In this document: in pieces, positions 8,207 through 17,901 of the stretch
How the letters are laid out: each line of letters opens with the position of its first letter
How positions within the stretch are numbered: the stretch's first letter is position 1
Assembly: GCA_036391495.1 (NCBI GenBank)
Contig: DASVZT010000063.1
Span: 1 to 38,398 of the forward strand
Direction of reading: 5' to 3'
Length of the DNA stretch: 38,398 nt
Origin: Candidatus Limnocylindrales bacterium
GTDB taxonomy: Bacteria > Chloroflexota > Limnocylindria > Limnocylindrales > CSP1-4
Translations under genes and position numbers: made by a program
Notes under the pieces: model-generated
The model's input: only the letters and a program-made list of their open reading frames with translations
Told to the model about the DNA's origin: nothing
The model's database searches: none

Positions 8207-8725
8207 TCAGCCCGCGTCCTCGATGCGGTACGCGACGAGCAGGTCGCCCGAGGTGCGGAAGAACACGCGGACCGGCGCCGCCGTCGCCAGGTGCTCGGAC
8301 AGGTGGCCGAGCGGGAACTGCGCAGCGTTCTCGAGCGCTCCCGTCACCCGGAACCGAACCTGCGCGCCGCCAGTCAGGCGCAGCGTGAAGCCCGACACAC
8401 TCCCGAGTCCCGCCGAGTCGACCGCGACCACGACCCCGACGACCGGCGACGAGACAGCCCCCGGAGCCGAAGGCGCTGCGGAGCCGGGCGAAGCTGGCGA
8501 GATCGACGCCGCGGCGGACGTCGCCGGACCCACGCTCGACGTCGCCGGCGGCAGGATGGACGCCGTCGGCGACAGCGCCGGCCCGGAAGAGCCGGGCGAG
8601 CCACCGCACGCGACGACCGCCACGGCCAGGACGGCGGCCAGGACAGCGGCGGGGACACGGCCCAGGACACCAGCCAACGCACCAGCCGCGCCGACGCCGC
8701 AGGACCCGCGGCGCGCTCGTCTCAC
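8207..8725 (-). CDS. Hypothetical lipoprotein translationally coupled to pyrE
   Basis: GTG at 8725 overlaps the pyrE TGA (GTGA). Signal peptide with AVVACGG lipobox, a Ser/Pro/Ala-rich linker, then a small C-terminal domain. No family recognised. Confidence 0.55.
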   Translation of the reverse strand: MRRARRGSCGVGAAGALAGVLGRVPAAVLAAVLAVAVVACGGSPGSSGPALSPTASILPPATSSVGPATSAAASISPASPGSAAPSAPGAVSSPVVGVVVAVDSAGLGSVSGFTLRLTGGAQVRFRVTGALENAAQFPLGHLSEHLATAAPVRVFFRTSGDLLVAYRIEDAG

Positions 8726-9393
8726 GCCCCGGTCCCCGTGCTCCCCGGCGCGACGAGCGGCACGTCCTGCGCACATCGCGGACACGCGCCGCCGAACGCC
8801 TCCCAGGTCGGCAACTCCAGGCGCCACAGGGCGCCGAGCGGATAGACGCGCCCGCTCGTCGGCGACGCGAGCGACGCCAGTCCGCCGGAGCGATCCACGA
8901 GGACCTCGCAGCCGACGATCTCGCCGCCCGTCGCCTCGACCGCGGGGAGCATCGCCAGCAGCGACCCGCCGGTCGTCAGGATGTCGTCGACCAGGAGAAC
9001 GCGCTCGCCAGGTGCGATCGCGAAGCCGCGCCGGAACTCGCGCCGCTTCGACCCGTCGGCCGCCACGACCTCCTCCGCGAAGATGCCTCGCACGCCCAAC
9101 TGGCGCGCCGTCTCGAAGGCGAGGATGACCCCGCCCGTCGTCGGACCGGCCACGACGTCGACCACGGGCTGACCGTCCGCGTCACGGTAGCGGCGCGCCC
9201 AGAAGCCGCAGAGCTCGCTCGTCGCGGCGGCGTCCTGGAGGACCAGGAACTTCTCGAGGTAGCGGTCGCTGTGCCGGCCGCTCTTGAGGAGGAAGTGGCC
9301 CTCCCTCAGCGCGCCGGACCTCCTGAACAGCTCCTCGGTCCTGGCCGCGATCGCCGCACGTGCCGCGAGGTCGGAAGGTCGGATCGTCGTCAT
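8722..9393 (-). CDS. pyrE: Orotate phosphoribosyltransferase
   Basis: ATG at 9393 overlaps the pyrD stop (ATGA). GHFLLKSGRHSDRYLEKF and the PRPP-binding loop VLLVDDILTTGGS are present. Confidence 0.9.
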   Translation of the reverse strand: MTTIRPSDLAARAAIAARTEELFRRSGALREGHFLLKSGRHSDRYLEKFLVLQDAAATSELCGFWARRYRDADGQPVVDVVAGPTTGGVILAFETARQLGVRGIFAEEVVAADGSKRREFRRGFAIAPGERVLLVDDILTTGGSLLAMLPAVEATGGEIVGCEVLVDRSGGLASLASPTSGRVYPLGALWRLELPTWEAFGGACPRCAQDVPLVAPGSTGTGA

Positions 9394-10598
9394 GGCCGGT
9401 ACTCCACTCCCTTGACCGACGGACTTCCCGGGCGCCTGGGCAGCGCCGTCCCGATCAACGGCTGGTAGGACGCCAGGTTGCGATGCGCGCATTCCATGCG
9501 CAGCTCGTCGGACAGCCGGATCGGCAGCGTCGGATCGGCGAAGATCGCCGTCCCGACCTGGACCGCCACGGCGCCGACGGCCAGGAAGTCGAGCACGTCG
9601 GCGAGCTCGGTGACGCCACCGATGGCGACGATCGGGATGTCGACGGTCTGGGCGACCTCGTACACGATCCGCAGCGCGACGGGCTTCACCGCCGGGCCGG
9701 ACAGGCCGCCGTACACGTTCCCCAGCAGCGGCCGCGTTCGATCCCGTCCGACAGCGATCCCCGACAGCGTGTTGATCGCGGTCAGCGCGTCGGCCCCGGC
9801 CGCGGCGATCGCGCGGGCGATCGGCCGGACGTCGGCGACGTTCGGCGAGAGCTTCACGAGCAGCGGGAGATCGGTGGCACGCCGCACCGCCGCCGTCACC
9901 GAGCCCGCCGCGTCAGCGTCGATCGCGAACTGGAGCCCGCCCTTCCCGACGTTCGGGCAGCTGATGTTCAGCTCGATGGCGGCCACGCCGGGCACGCCGT
10001 CGAGGCGCCGGGCGACCTCGACGTAGTCGGACACGGACTCGCCCGCGACGTTGACGATGACCGGGACCTTCCATTCCTGCCACAGCGGGGCGTAGCGGTC
10101 GACGACCGCGTCGACTCCGGGGTTCTGCAGCCCGATCGAGTTCAGCATCCCTGCCGGCGTCTCGGTGACGCGCGGCGTCGTGTTGCCGATGCGCGGCTTG
10201 AGCGTCGTTCCCTTGCAGCAGATCGCCCCGAGCCGGTTGACGTCGACGACGTCGCCATATTCGATGCCATAGCCGAACGTCCCCGACGCGACCAGGATCG
10301 GGTTCGCCAGGCGCAGACCACGCCCGAGGTCGACCGAACAGTCGACCGCGAGGGCCGCGCGATCGAGGTCGGGCTCGACCGGGCGGATGGCCGGACCGGC
10401 GAGCGCAGTCGAACCGACCGACGACGAGCCACCGGACGACAGGCCGTTTCCTCCGCCCTGACCGACGGGCGGCAGGGACGACGGCTTCGACACGATGGCC
10501 GACCTGATCCGGCGGACCGTCGGCGTGCGGCCGCTCCGGGCGCCGCCCTTCACGACGGACGACCCGGGTCCGATCGAGACCCGCTTCTTCGCCTTCAT
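9390..10598 (-). CDS. pyrD: Dihydroorotate dehydrogenase B, catalytic subunit, with a basic/Gly-Ser-rich N-terminal extension
   Basis: LANPILVASGTFGYG, GAICCKGTT, IELNISCPN, LVKLSPN and YGGLSGPAVKP are class 1B DHODH motifs. ATG at 10598 has GAGGGG 7 nt upstream. No ATG/GTG/TTG exists closer to the catalytic core than GTG 10493. Confidence 0.85.
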   Translation of the reverse strand: MKAKKRVSIGPGSSVVKGGARSGRTPTVRRIRSAIVSKPSSLPPVGQGGGNGLSSGGSSSVGSTALAGPAIRPVEPDLDRAALAVDCSVDLGRGLRLANPILVASGTFGYGIEYGDVVDVNRLGAICCKGTTLKPRIGNTTPRVTETPAGMLNSIGLQNPGVDAVVDRYAPLWQEWKVPVIVNVAGESVSDYVEVARRLDGVPGVAAIELNISCPNVGKGGLQFAIDADAAGSVTAAVRRATDLPLLVKLSPNVADVRPIARAIAAAGADALTAINTLSGIAVGRDRTRPLLGNVYGGLSGPAVKPVALRIVYEVAQTVDIPIVAIGGVTELADVLDFLAVGAVAVQVGTAIFADPTLPIRLSDELRMECAHRNLASYQPLIGTALPRRPGSPSVKGVEYRP

Positions 10599-10632
10599 GG
10601 AACGCCCCTCGCCGTCCGACGACCGCGCACGC

Positions 10633-11499
10633 TCACCAGCCCGCCTCCCAGGCGATCTCGTCCGACGCGAAGACGGGTCCCTCGCGGCAGACACGCTGGG
10701 GCTGCCCGTTCGCGCCCATGACGACGCAGCCGAGGCACGCTCCGACGGCGCAGCCCATGTTCTGCTCGAGCGCGACCTGGAGGAAGGCCTTCCGCCGGGC
10801 CGCCGGCGAGCCCACCGGGTCGGGCCGGCCGCCGCCCTTCTTCCGCCCGAGCTTGGCCACCCCGAGCCGGTCCCGCCGGCCCGTCGCCAGGCGCGCGAGG
10901 GCGGCGAGCATCGGCATCGGGCCGCAGGCGAACGCCTGGTCGGCCCATGCCTCGTACTCGGGGAGGAGCTCGGTGACGAACCCGCGATGGCCGAGCGATC
11001 CATCGTCGGTGGCGACGACGTACTCGACCTCGTCCGGCAGGAGGTTCGACGGGTAGACGTCGCGGGCGGTCGCGGCACCGAAGAGGAGGACGACCTGGCG
11101 CCCGTCGCGGATCGCCTCGTCGGCCAGCATCCGGACGCCGGCGATCCCGAGCCCGCCGGCGACGAGGAGCAGGTGGCGGCTCCGTGCGTCGACCTCGAAC
11201 GGTCGCCCGAGCGGTCCGAGCATGTCGAGCCGCTCGCCCGGGCGGATCCGCGTCAGCCACTCCGTCCCGCGGCCGACGGTCCGGAAATGGATCGTGATCA
11301 TCCCCGACGCTGCGTCGGCGGTGTTGATCGAGAACGGCCGGCGCAGCAAGAGCCCCGACCAGTCGCCCGTCCTGACGTGGACGAACTGGCCCGCCCGCGA
11401 ACCCGTCGCGAGCTCCGGTGCGTGGAACGACTGGATCCACTGACCCGGCAGGATCTGCCGGCTCTCGACGAGCTCCGCCGCCACCAGGCGCATGGTCAC
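10633..11499 (-). CDS. pyrK: Dihydroorotate dehydrogenase B electron-transfer subunit (FAD/2Fe-2S)
   Basis: RRPFSI FAD-binding motif, LLVAGGLGIAG NAD(P)-type fold, and the C-terminal Cys cluster CAVGACLGC...C. GTG 11499 overlaps the upstream stop (GTGA); ATG 11493 is an alternative start. Confidence 0.85.
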   Translation of the reverse strand: MTMRLVAAELVESRQILPGQWIQSFHAPELATGSRAGQFVHVRTGDWSGLLLRRPFSINTADAASGMITIHFRTVGRGTEWLTRIRPGERLDMLGPLGRPFEVDARSRHLLLVAGGLGIAGVRMLADEAIRDGRQVVLLFGAATARDVYPSNLLPDEVEYVVATDDGSLGHRGFVTELLPEYEAWADQAFACGPMPMLAALARLATGRRDRLGVAKLGRKKGGGRPDPVGSPAARRKAFLQVALEQNMGCAVGACLGCVVMGANGQPQRVCREGPVFASDEIAWEAGW

Positions 11500-12383
11500 G
11501 CCCGGTCGTCGCCCTCCTCGTCGGCCTCGGCCTCCGTCCCGCCCGCCTCGTCGGCCGTGCCGGTGAGCTCGGGCGCAACGGACGGGAAGGCCTCGGCAAG
11601 CGCGTCGGCGAGGTCGCCGAACACGTCGGTCGGGTCATAGAACTCGACGAGATCCTCCGCGGTCGAGAGGGTTCGCCACTCCCCGTCCGAATCCTCCGGG
11701 ACGACCTCGGCCCGGAAGCCCCCGCTGGCCTCGAGGGTGAGCCGCTCGTCGTCATCGTCGACCACGATGAAGTCGCCGAGGTGGCGCGTGACGCGCTCCG
11801 CCGCGACCTCGAACTCCTCGATGAGCCTGGACTCCGTGGACTGGCTCCGCTCCTGGAACGTCAGCGCGAGGTCGTACAGGCGCTGCGCGGCCGACTCCTC
11901 GTCGCTCGGCTCCTCCTGCCCGGCCGCCCACGTGTCGGCCACCTCGGCATAGACGTCCTCACCGTCGAGCTGCACCGTCTCGTCGGGCGCGATGCCGGCG
12001 CTCTCCATGAGCTCGTCGGTCGCTGTCGGGAGAGAGGGAAGGCCGGCGGCCTCGCGCGCGGCGTCGGCGAACGCCTGGTAGACGTCGGCCGGGTTGTAGA
12101 GCTCGACGAGCTCAGCCGCACTCTCGATGACCTCCGTCTCGCTCACCCACTCGCCGGTGTCCTCGTCGAGGTAGCGGCTGCGGGATCGGAAGGTCAGGTC
12201 CGGGGCGATCGACAGGAAGTCCGGGTCGTCATCGATGAGCGTCAGCCCGCCGAGCTGCTTGATCCGCTGCTCGTTCGCCTCGAGGAACCGGCGGAGCTGT
12301 TCCGTCGACTGGACGAGGAAATCCGTCCGCTCGAGGGCGGCGTCGGCCGCGAGCTCGCCCAGCAGGTCGTTCCGCGCTTCCAT
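11496..12383 (-). CDS. Highly acidic hypothetical protein with an internal duplication
   Basis: ATG ORF. Two homologous halves: ...LIDDDPDFLSIAP...DTGEWVSETEVIESAAELVELYNPADVYQAFADAAREA, and ...VVDDDDERLTLEA...SDGEWRTLSTAEDLVEFYDPTDVFGDLADALAEA. The stop overlaps the pyrK start. Confidence 0.6.
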   Translation of the reverse strand: MEARNDLLGELAADAALERTDFLVQSTEQLRRFLEANEQRIKQLGGLTLIDDDPDFLSIAPDLTFRSRSRYLDEDTGEWVSETEVIESAAELVELYNPADVYQAFADAAREAAGLPSLPTATDELMESAGIAPDETVQLDGEDVYAEVADTWAAGQEEPSDEESAAQRLYDLALTFQERSQSTESRLIEEFEVAAERVTRHLGDFIVVDDDDERLTLEASGGFRAEVVPEDSDGEWRTLSTAEDLVEFYDPTDVFGDLADALAEAFPSVAPELTGTADEAGGTEAEADEEGDDRA

Positions 12384-12397
12384 CGCATCGCCTCCGA

Positions 12398-12724
12398 TCA
12401 GGGGTGGAACTCGAGGTCGGGACCCATCCGTTCACGCAGGAACATCGAGTGGTGGCGTTCGAAGATCCACTCGCCGGCCCGATGGCCGAGCGCGCGGGTC
12501 GCCTCGTCCGCCTCCAGCCTGTCCAGCGTGGCGTAGTCGGGCAGGTCGAGCAGGATCACGTTGTCGAAGTCCCAGCCGTGGGCCACGTTGTACCAGCCGA
12601 GGAACCTGATCCCGAACTTCTCCTCGTACTCGCGGACCTGCCGCGGGAACAGGGTCTTCATGAAGAACTTGAAGAACGGGTCGCGGCCGCGACGGACCGA
12701 GAAGTAGGTCGCGAGGACGGGCAC
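12398..12724 (-). CDS. Small hypothetical protein (possibly a GYD / dimeric alpha-beta-barrel-like fold)
   Basis: GTG-initiated 108-codon ORF ending 15 nt before the acidic-protein start. The composition is not shadow-ORF-like. FLGWYNVAHGWDFDNVILLDLPDYATL resembles GYD-type motifs (tentative). Confidence 0.45.
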   Translation of the reverse strand: MPVLATYFSVRRGRDPFFKFFMKTLFPRQVREYEEKFGIRFLGWYNVAHGWDFDNVILLDLPDYATLDRLEADEATRALGHRAGEWIFERHHSMFLRERMGPDLEFHP

Positions 12725-12814
12725 GACGTGCGGTTCCTCCGGGGTGCGTCGGGCGAGGATGATCGCCTGGGGTCGCGGCGGGTGTCGGGGTGTTGGTCGC
12801 CTGGGCCGGGCTGT

Positions 12815-12869
12815 GCTGGTTGGCTGGGGCCTGGTGCTGGTTGGCTGGGGCCTGGTGCTGGTTGGCTGG
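12815..12869. repeat. 21-bp tandem repeat (gctggttggctggggcctggt), about 2.6 copies, intergenic
   Basis: Copies at 12815, 12836 and 12857, between the stop at 12895 and the start at 12724. Confidence 0.85.
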
Positions 12870-12894
12870 AGGTATTGGTCGCCTTGGAGTCCGG

Positions 12895-13407
12895 CTATTG
12901 TCGCACGTCGCCTGCGTGGTCAGTCGCGGCGCGTTGGTGGTCGCGTTCTTCCGCGGGGGCGGCGCGTTCGTGGTCGCGTTCTTCCGCGGGGGCGGCGCGT
13001 TCGTCCTCGAGCTCGCCGACGGTCCTGCTGCCGCTCTTCAGGGGCCGCCGACGCGTTCGCCGGTCGGCTGCGACGAGCCGCAGAAGGAAGATGATCGTCT
13101 GGCCGGTCAGCAGCAGCAGCCCGATCGTGGCGAAGAGGAGGACGGCGCTGACCTCCGACGGATAGCCGAGCGACACGGTGAGCGGTGTCGCGACCACGAG
13201 GACGGCGAGGATCGCGACCTGGAACCAGAAGCAGCCGAGCCCGGGACCGCGCTCGGCGTCGAGGTCGCCGCCCTTGTATTGGACGGGGCGGTTCCCTGGC
13301 GGCCGCGACGGGTTCGGGGGACTCGACGGGTTCGGGGGGCTCGGGGGACTCGACGGGCTTGCGCTGGGCGGCGTCGTTCCGGAGGTCTCGGTCACGGCGG
13401 GGAGCAT
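12895..13407 (-). CDS. Hypothetical membrane protein with repeat-encoded termini
   Basis: ATG at 13407. Pro/Ser-rich N-terminus, two to three hydrophobic helices (CFWFQVAILAVLVVATPL..., VLLFATIGLLLLTGQTIIFLL), and a C-terminal duplicated ERAAPAEERDH. Confidence 0.5.
   Translation of the reverse strand: MLPAVTETSGTTPPSASPSSPPSPPNPSSPPNPSRPPGNRPVQYKGGDLDAERGPGLGCFWFQVAILAVLVVATPLTVSLGYPSEVSAVLLFATIGLLLLTGQTIIFLLRLVAADRRTRRRPLKSGSRTVGELEDERAAPAEERDHERAAPAEERDHQRAATDHAGDVRQ
12927..13008. repeat. 33-bp tandem repeat, about 2.5 copies, inside the 3' end of the membrane-protein CDS
   Basis: gcggcgcgtt(c/g)gtggtcgcgttcttccgcgggg read twice plus a partial copy. The unit length is a multiple of 3. 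Confidence 0.85.
13307..13358. repeat. Imperfect cgacgggttcgggggact repeats inside the 5' end of the membrane-protein CDS
   Basis: Read directly. They encode PPSPPNPSSPPNPS. Confidence 0.7.
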
Positions 13408-13490
13408 AGGCGAGGCGACGAACGCGCGCTCAACCGATCGGAGGGCCGGGACCGGTGTCCTCCGGTCGATCTCCCACTGCCGTCGTAGTC

Positions 13491-13692
13491 CTTGCGTAAT
13501 CCCGGAAATAGCCCCTCTTATGCGACTGAGCGCGGGGCCGCCCGGGCGGGAGAGGGCCGAACGATTCGAGTCTCGCAGATCGGCCGCCGGTGAAGCTCGA
13601 GATTCGTTGTCTGGAGGCGGATTCGGCTCGCCGCCGGGCCGTGGCCGGGTGGGCGAGTCGCATAAAGGTGGCGCTGGCCGGAGTTACGCAAG
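13491..13692. other. About 200-nt imperfect long hairpin (candidate rod-like ncRNA or palindromic intergenic element)
   Basis: Nested inverted repeats: CTTGCGTAATCCCGG (13491) with CCGGAGTTACGCAAG (13678); TTATGCGACT (13519) with AGTCGCATAA (13656); GCCGAA with TTCGGC; AACGA..CGAG with CTCG..TCGTT. Locally lower G+C. Lies between the pyrC stop and the next gene start. The strand is not resolvable. Confidence 0.35.
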
Positions 13693-13824
13693 AACGGCCT
13701 GCCGGAGGGGGACATCGGGCGCCAAGGGCCGGCGATGCCCGGCCGGGGACGACGCGAGGCGATTCGGGGGCAGCGCGGAGCGGCGACGGGACGGCGAGGG
13801 CGCCGGCGAAGGTCGGCGAGCGGC

Positions 13825-15373
13825 CTACTCGGCGGAGTAGGCGATCCGGCCGGCCGCGACCGTCAGGAGGACACGGCCGGGCAGTGAGCGCCCGAGGAGC
13901 GGCGTGTTCTTCCCCTTCGACAGGAGCGCCGCGGGCTCCACGCGCCAGGCGTCGGAGCGGTCGAACACGACGAGGTCGGCCGGCTGGCCCTCGACGAGGC
14001 CACGGACCGGGGCAAGGCCACGCACCGGGGCACCGCCACCGACCACGGCACCGCCACGGACCGCGGCACCGCCACGGACCGCGGCACCGCCGCCGACCAC
14101 GGCACCGCCGCCGACCGCGTCGAGACCCGGCCAGCTCGCGAGCACCGCGGCCGGACCCGAGGTCAAAGCGCGGATCGCCTCGAGCAGCGTCAGCTGACCC
14201 GCGTCGACCGCGGCAAGAAGCACGCCCAACGCAGTCTCGAGGCCGCCGATCCCGTTCGACGCCAGCCCGAACTCGACCTCCTTGTCGACCGGCGTGTGCG
14301 GCGCATGATCCGTCGCAACCGCGTCGGCCGTGCCGTCCGCGACGGCCGCCACGCATGCCAGGGCGTCGGCGCGCCCCCGCAGGGGCGGGTTGACGCGCAG
14401 CGACGTGTCGTAGGGAGGCGCGACGATGGCCCCGTCGCTCCACGGGTCGCCGCTCCCGTCCCACGACCAGCGCCGCGCCCCCGCGAGCCACTCGTCCGTG
14501 AGCGCCAGGTGGTGCGGCGTGACGTCGCACGTGACGGGAAGTCCGGCTGCCTTCGCACGACGGACCGCGTCGAGCGCACCACCGGTGGAGAGGTGCGTCA
14601 GGTGCAGCCGCGCCCGAGGCTCGTCCGCCAGGACGTCGGCCAGCACCGCGATGTCGCGCTCCACGCAGGCGATCTCGGCTCCTGCCGGCCAGCCCTTCAG
14701 GCCGAGGACCGACGCGACCAGCCCTTCATTCGCCTCGGCGCCCGCCGTCATGTCGGTCGTCTCCGCGTGTTCGACGATCGGCAGGCCGAGCATCCCCGCG
14801 TACAGCAGCGCGTTGCGCAGGAGTGCGGTTCGGACGGGTGCGCCATCGTCCGAGAACCCGACGACGCCGGCGTCAGCCAGCTCGCCCAGCGCCGCGAGCG
14901 TCTCGCCCTCGCGCCCGACCGAGACCGCGGCGTAGGCGAGCAGCTCGACAGGCGACCCCGAGGCCACGGCCGCAGCTCGGACGCGGCCGAGGATCGACGG
15001 CTCGTCGAGCGCGGGCGACGTGTTGGGCATCGCGCACACGGTCGTGAAGCCGCCGTGTGCCGCCGCGGCCAGCCCGGACGCGACCGTCTCGGCGTCCTCG
15101 AAGCCGGGCTCGCGCAGGTGGACGTGAAGGTCGATGAAGCCCGGTGCCACGACGACGGCGGACGCGTCGACGCCGTCGGCCTCGGCGCCCTCGAGCCAGG
15201 TGACCGCCTCGATGACGCCGTCGGTCACGACGATCTCGCCCGGGCCCTCGCGGTTTGACGCCGGGTCGACGAGCCACGCGCGGCTGATCTCGAGGTCGCC
15301 GACGACCGACCCGACGACCGAGCCGACGACCGAGCCGATCCGTCCGCCCGAGACCGCCGTTCCAGCCCCGGCG

Positions 15374-15381
<8 letters not shown>
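13825..15381 (-). CDS. pyrC: Dihydroorotase with in-frame repeat insertions
   Basis: GFIDLHVHLREPG, FTTVCAMPNT, the HHLAL region and ATDHAPH are metal-ligand motifs. GTG at 15381 overlaps the pyrB end by 8 nt; the listed ORF start at 15486 lies deep inside pyrB. Confidence 0.85.
13996..14121. repeat. 18-bp tandem repeat, about 7 copies, in frame inside pyrC
   Basis: Units (accgccacggaccgcggc and variants) read consecutively. They encode GGGAVV/GGGAAV/RGGAAV/.../RGLAPV. Confidence 0.9.
15301..15338. repeat. 12-bp tandem repeat (gacgaccgagcc), about 3 copies, at the pyrC 5' end
   Basis: Read directly. It encodes (GSVV)3. Confidence 0.85.
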
Positions 15382-17246
<1,865 letters not shown>

Positions 17247-17265
<19 letters not shown>

Positions 17266-17813
17266 ACGGGCGCCGTGCCCTGCCAGAGAGCGCAGCCACA
17301 GACGGCGACGAAATCCGAGGGCATGAGGTCGGCCACGCGAACGGGGTGATAGCCGGCGACAGGGCCGTAGTCGGTGACCGTCCGCTCGACGCAGCCGCCT
17401 GCGCCACAGATGACGACGACGGTCCCGCGTGGGAGCCTCAGCGCGGTCGTGCCGTTGTCGTACCAGGTCGCCCAGCCGTCCATCGTGTAGCGCGGCGCCT
17501 TCCAGGTCTTCGTCGCGGCCGGCTGGGGAAGCCTGGCGGCGGCACGGCCACGCGGGATGGGCGAGGTCGCGGCGGGTCCCGTCCCGACGTCGACGAGCGC
17601 GGCGTCGGACGCGATGTAGGAGGCCGATCGGAGGGCAGGGTCGAGCGGCCGGATGACGGGGACGAGTCCATCCGAACCGATGGCGAGATCCTGGAACGCG
17701 TCGTCGGGGATCGGTGTCGCGGGAGGCACTCCCGCCGAGCCGACCATCCCTGGGAGCGCGGCCAGCGCGAGGACGGCCGTGGCGGCCGCCCAGGCGAAGA
17801 CCTTCCTGGGCAC
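17247..17813 (-). CDS. RlpA-like double-psi beta-barrel (DPBB) secreted protein
   Basis: C-terminal GWATWYD...RLPRGTVVVICGAGGCVERTVTDYGP...VADLMPSDF matches the RlpA/DPBB pattern. GTG at 17813 precedes a signal peptide (RKVFAWAAATAVLALAALPG). The upstream extension to 17960 would overlap the neighbouring gene. The start is uncertain. Confidence 0.65.
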
Positions 17814-17901
17814 TGGAAGGGCACCATACGCCTCGCCGTCAAGCCACCGCAAGCCGCCTCGCCTGAGCGAAGCAAGCAGTCGCGCAGCGCCCTCGAGCGC
17901 A

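Noticed and set aside
7613-8845. ORFs 7613..8059 (-), 7739..8845 (+) and 7752..9128 (+) as possible genes filling the convergent gap.
   Set aside because: Their composition is Arg/Gly/Pro-rich. They overlap pyrE and the lipoprotein on the opposite strand, lack SD sequences and show no motifs. The region is better explained by repeats plus a structured RNA candidate.
13430-13825. Known riboswitch or RNase P, tmRNA or SRP identity for the structured spacer downstream of pyrC.
   Set aside because: By eye I found no GAGGAAAGUCC (RNase P), no tRNA-like end (tmRNA), no GGAAGCAGCC-type SRP motif, and no TPP, glycine or B12 cores. It is left as an unclassified hairpin rather than a named RNA.
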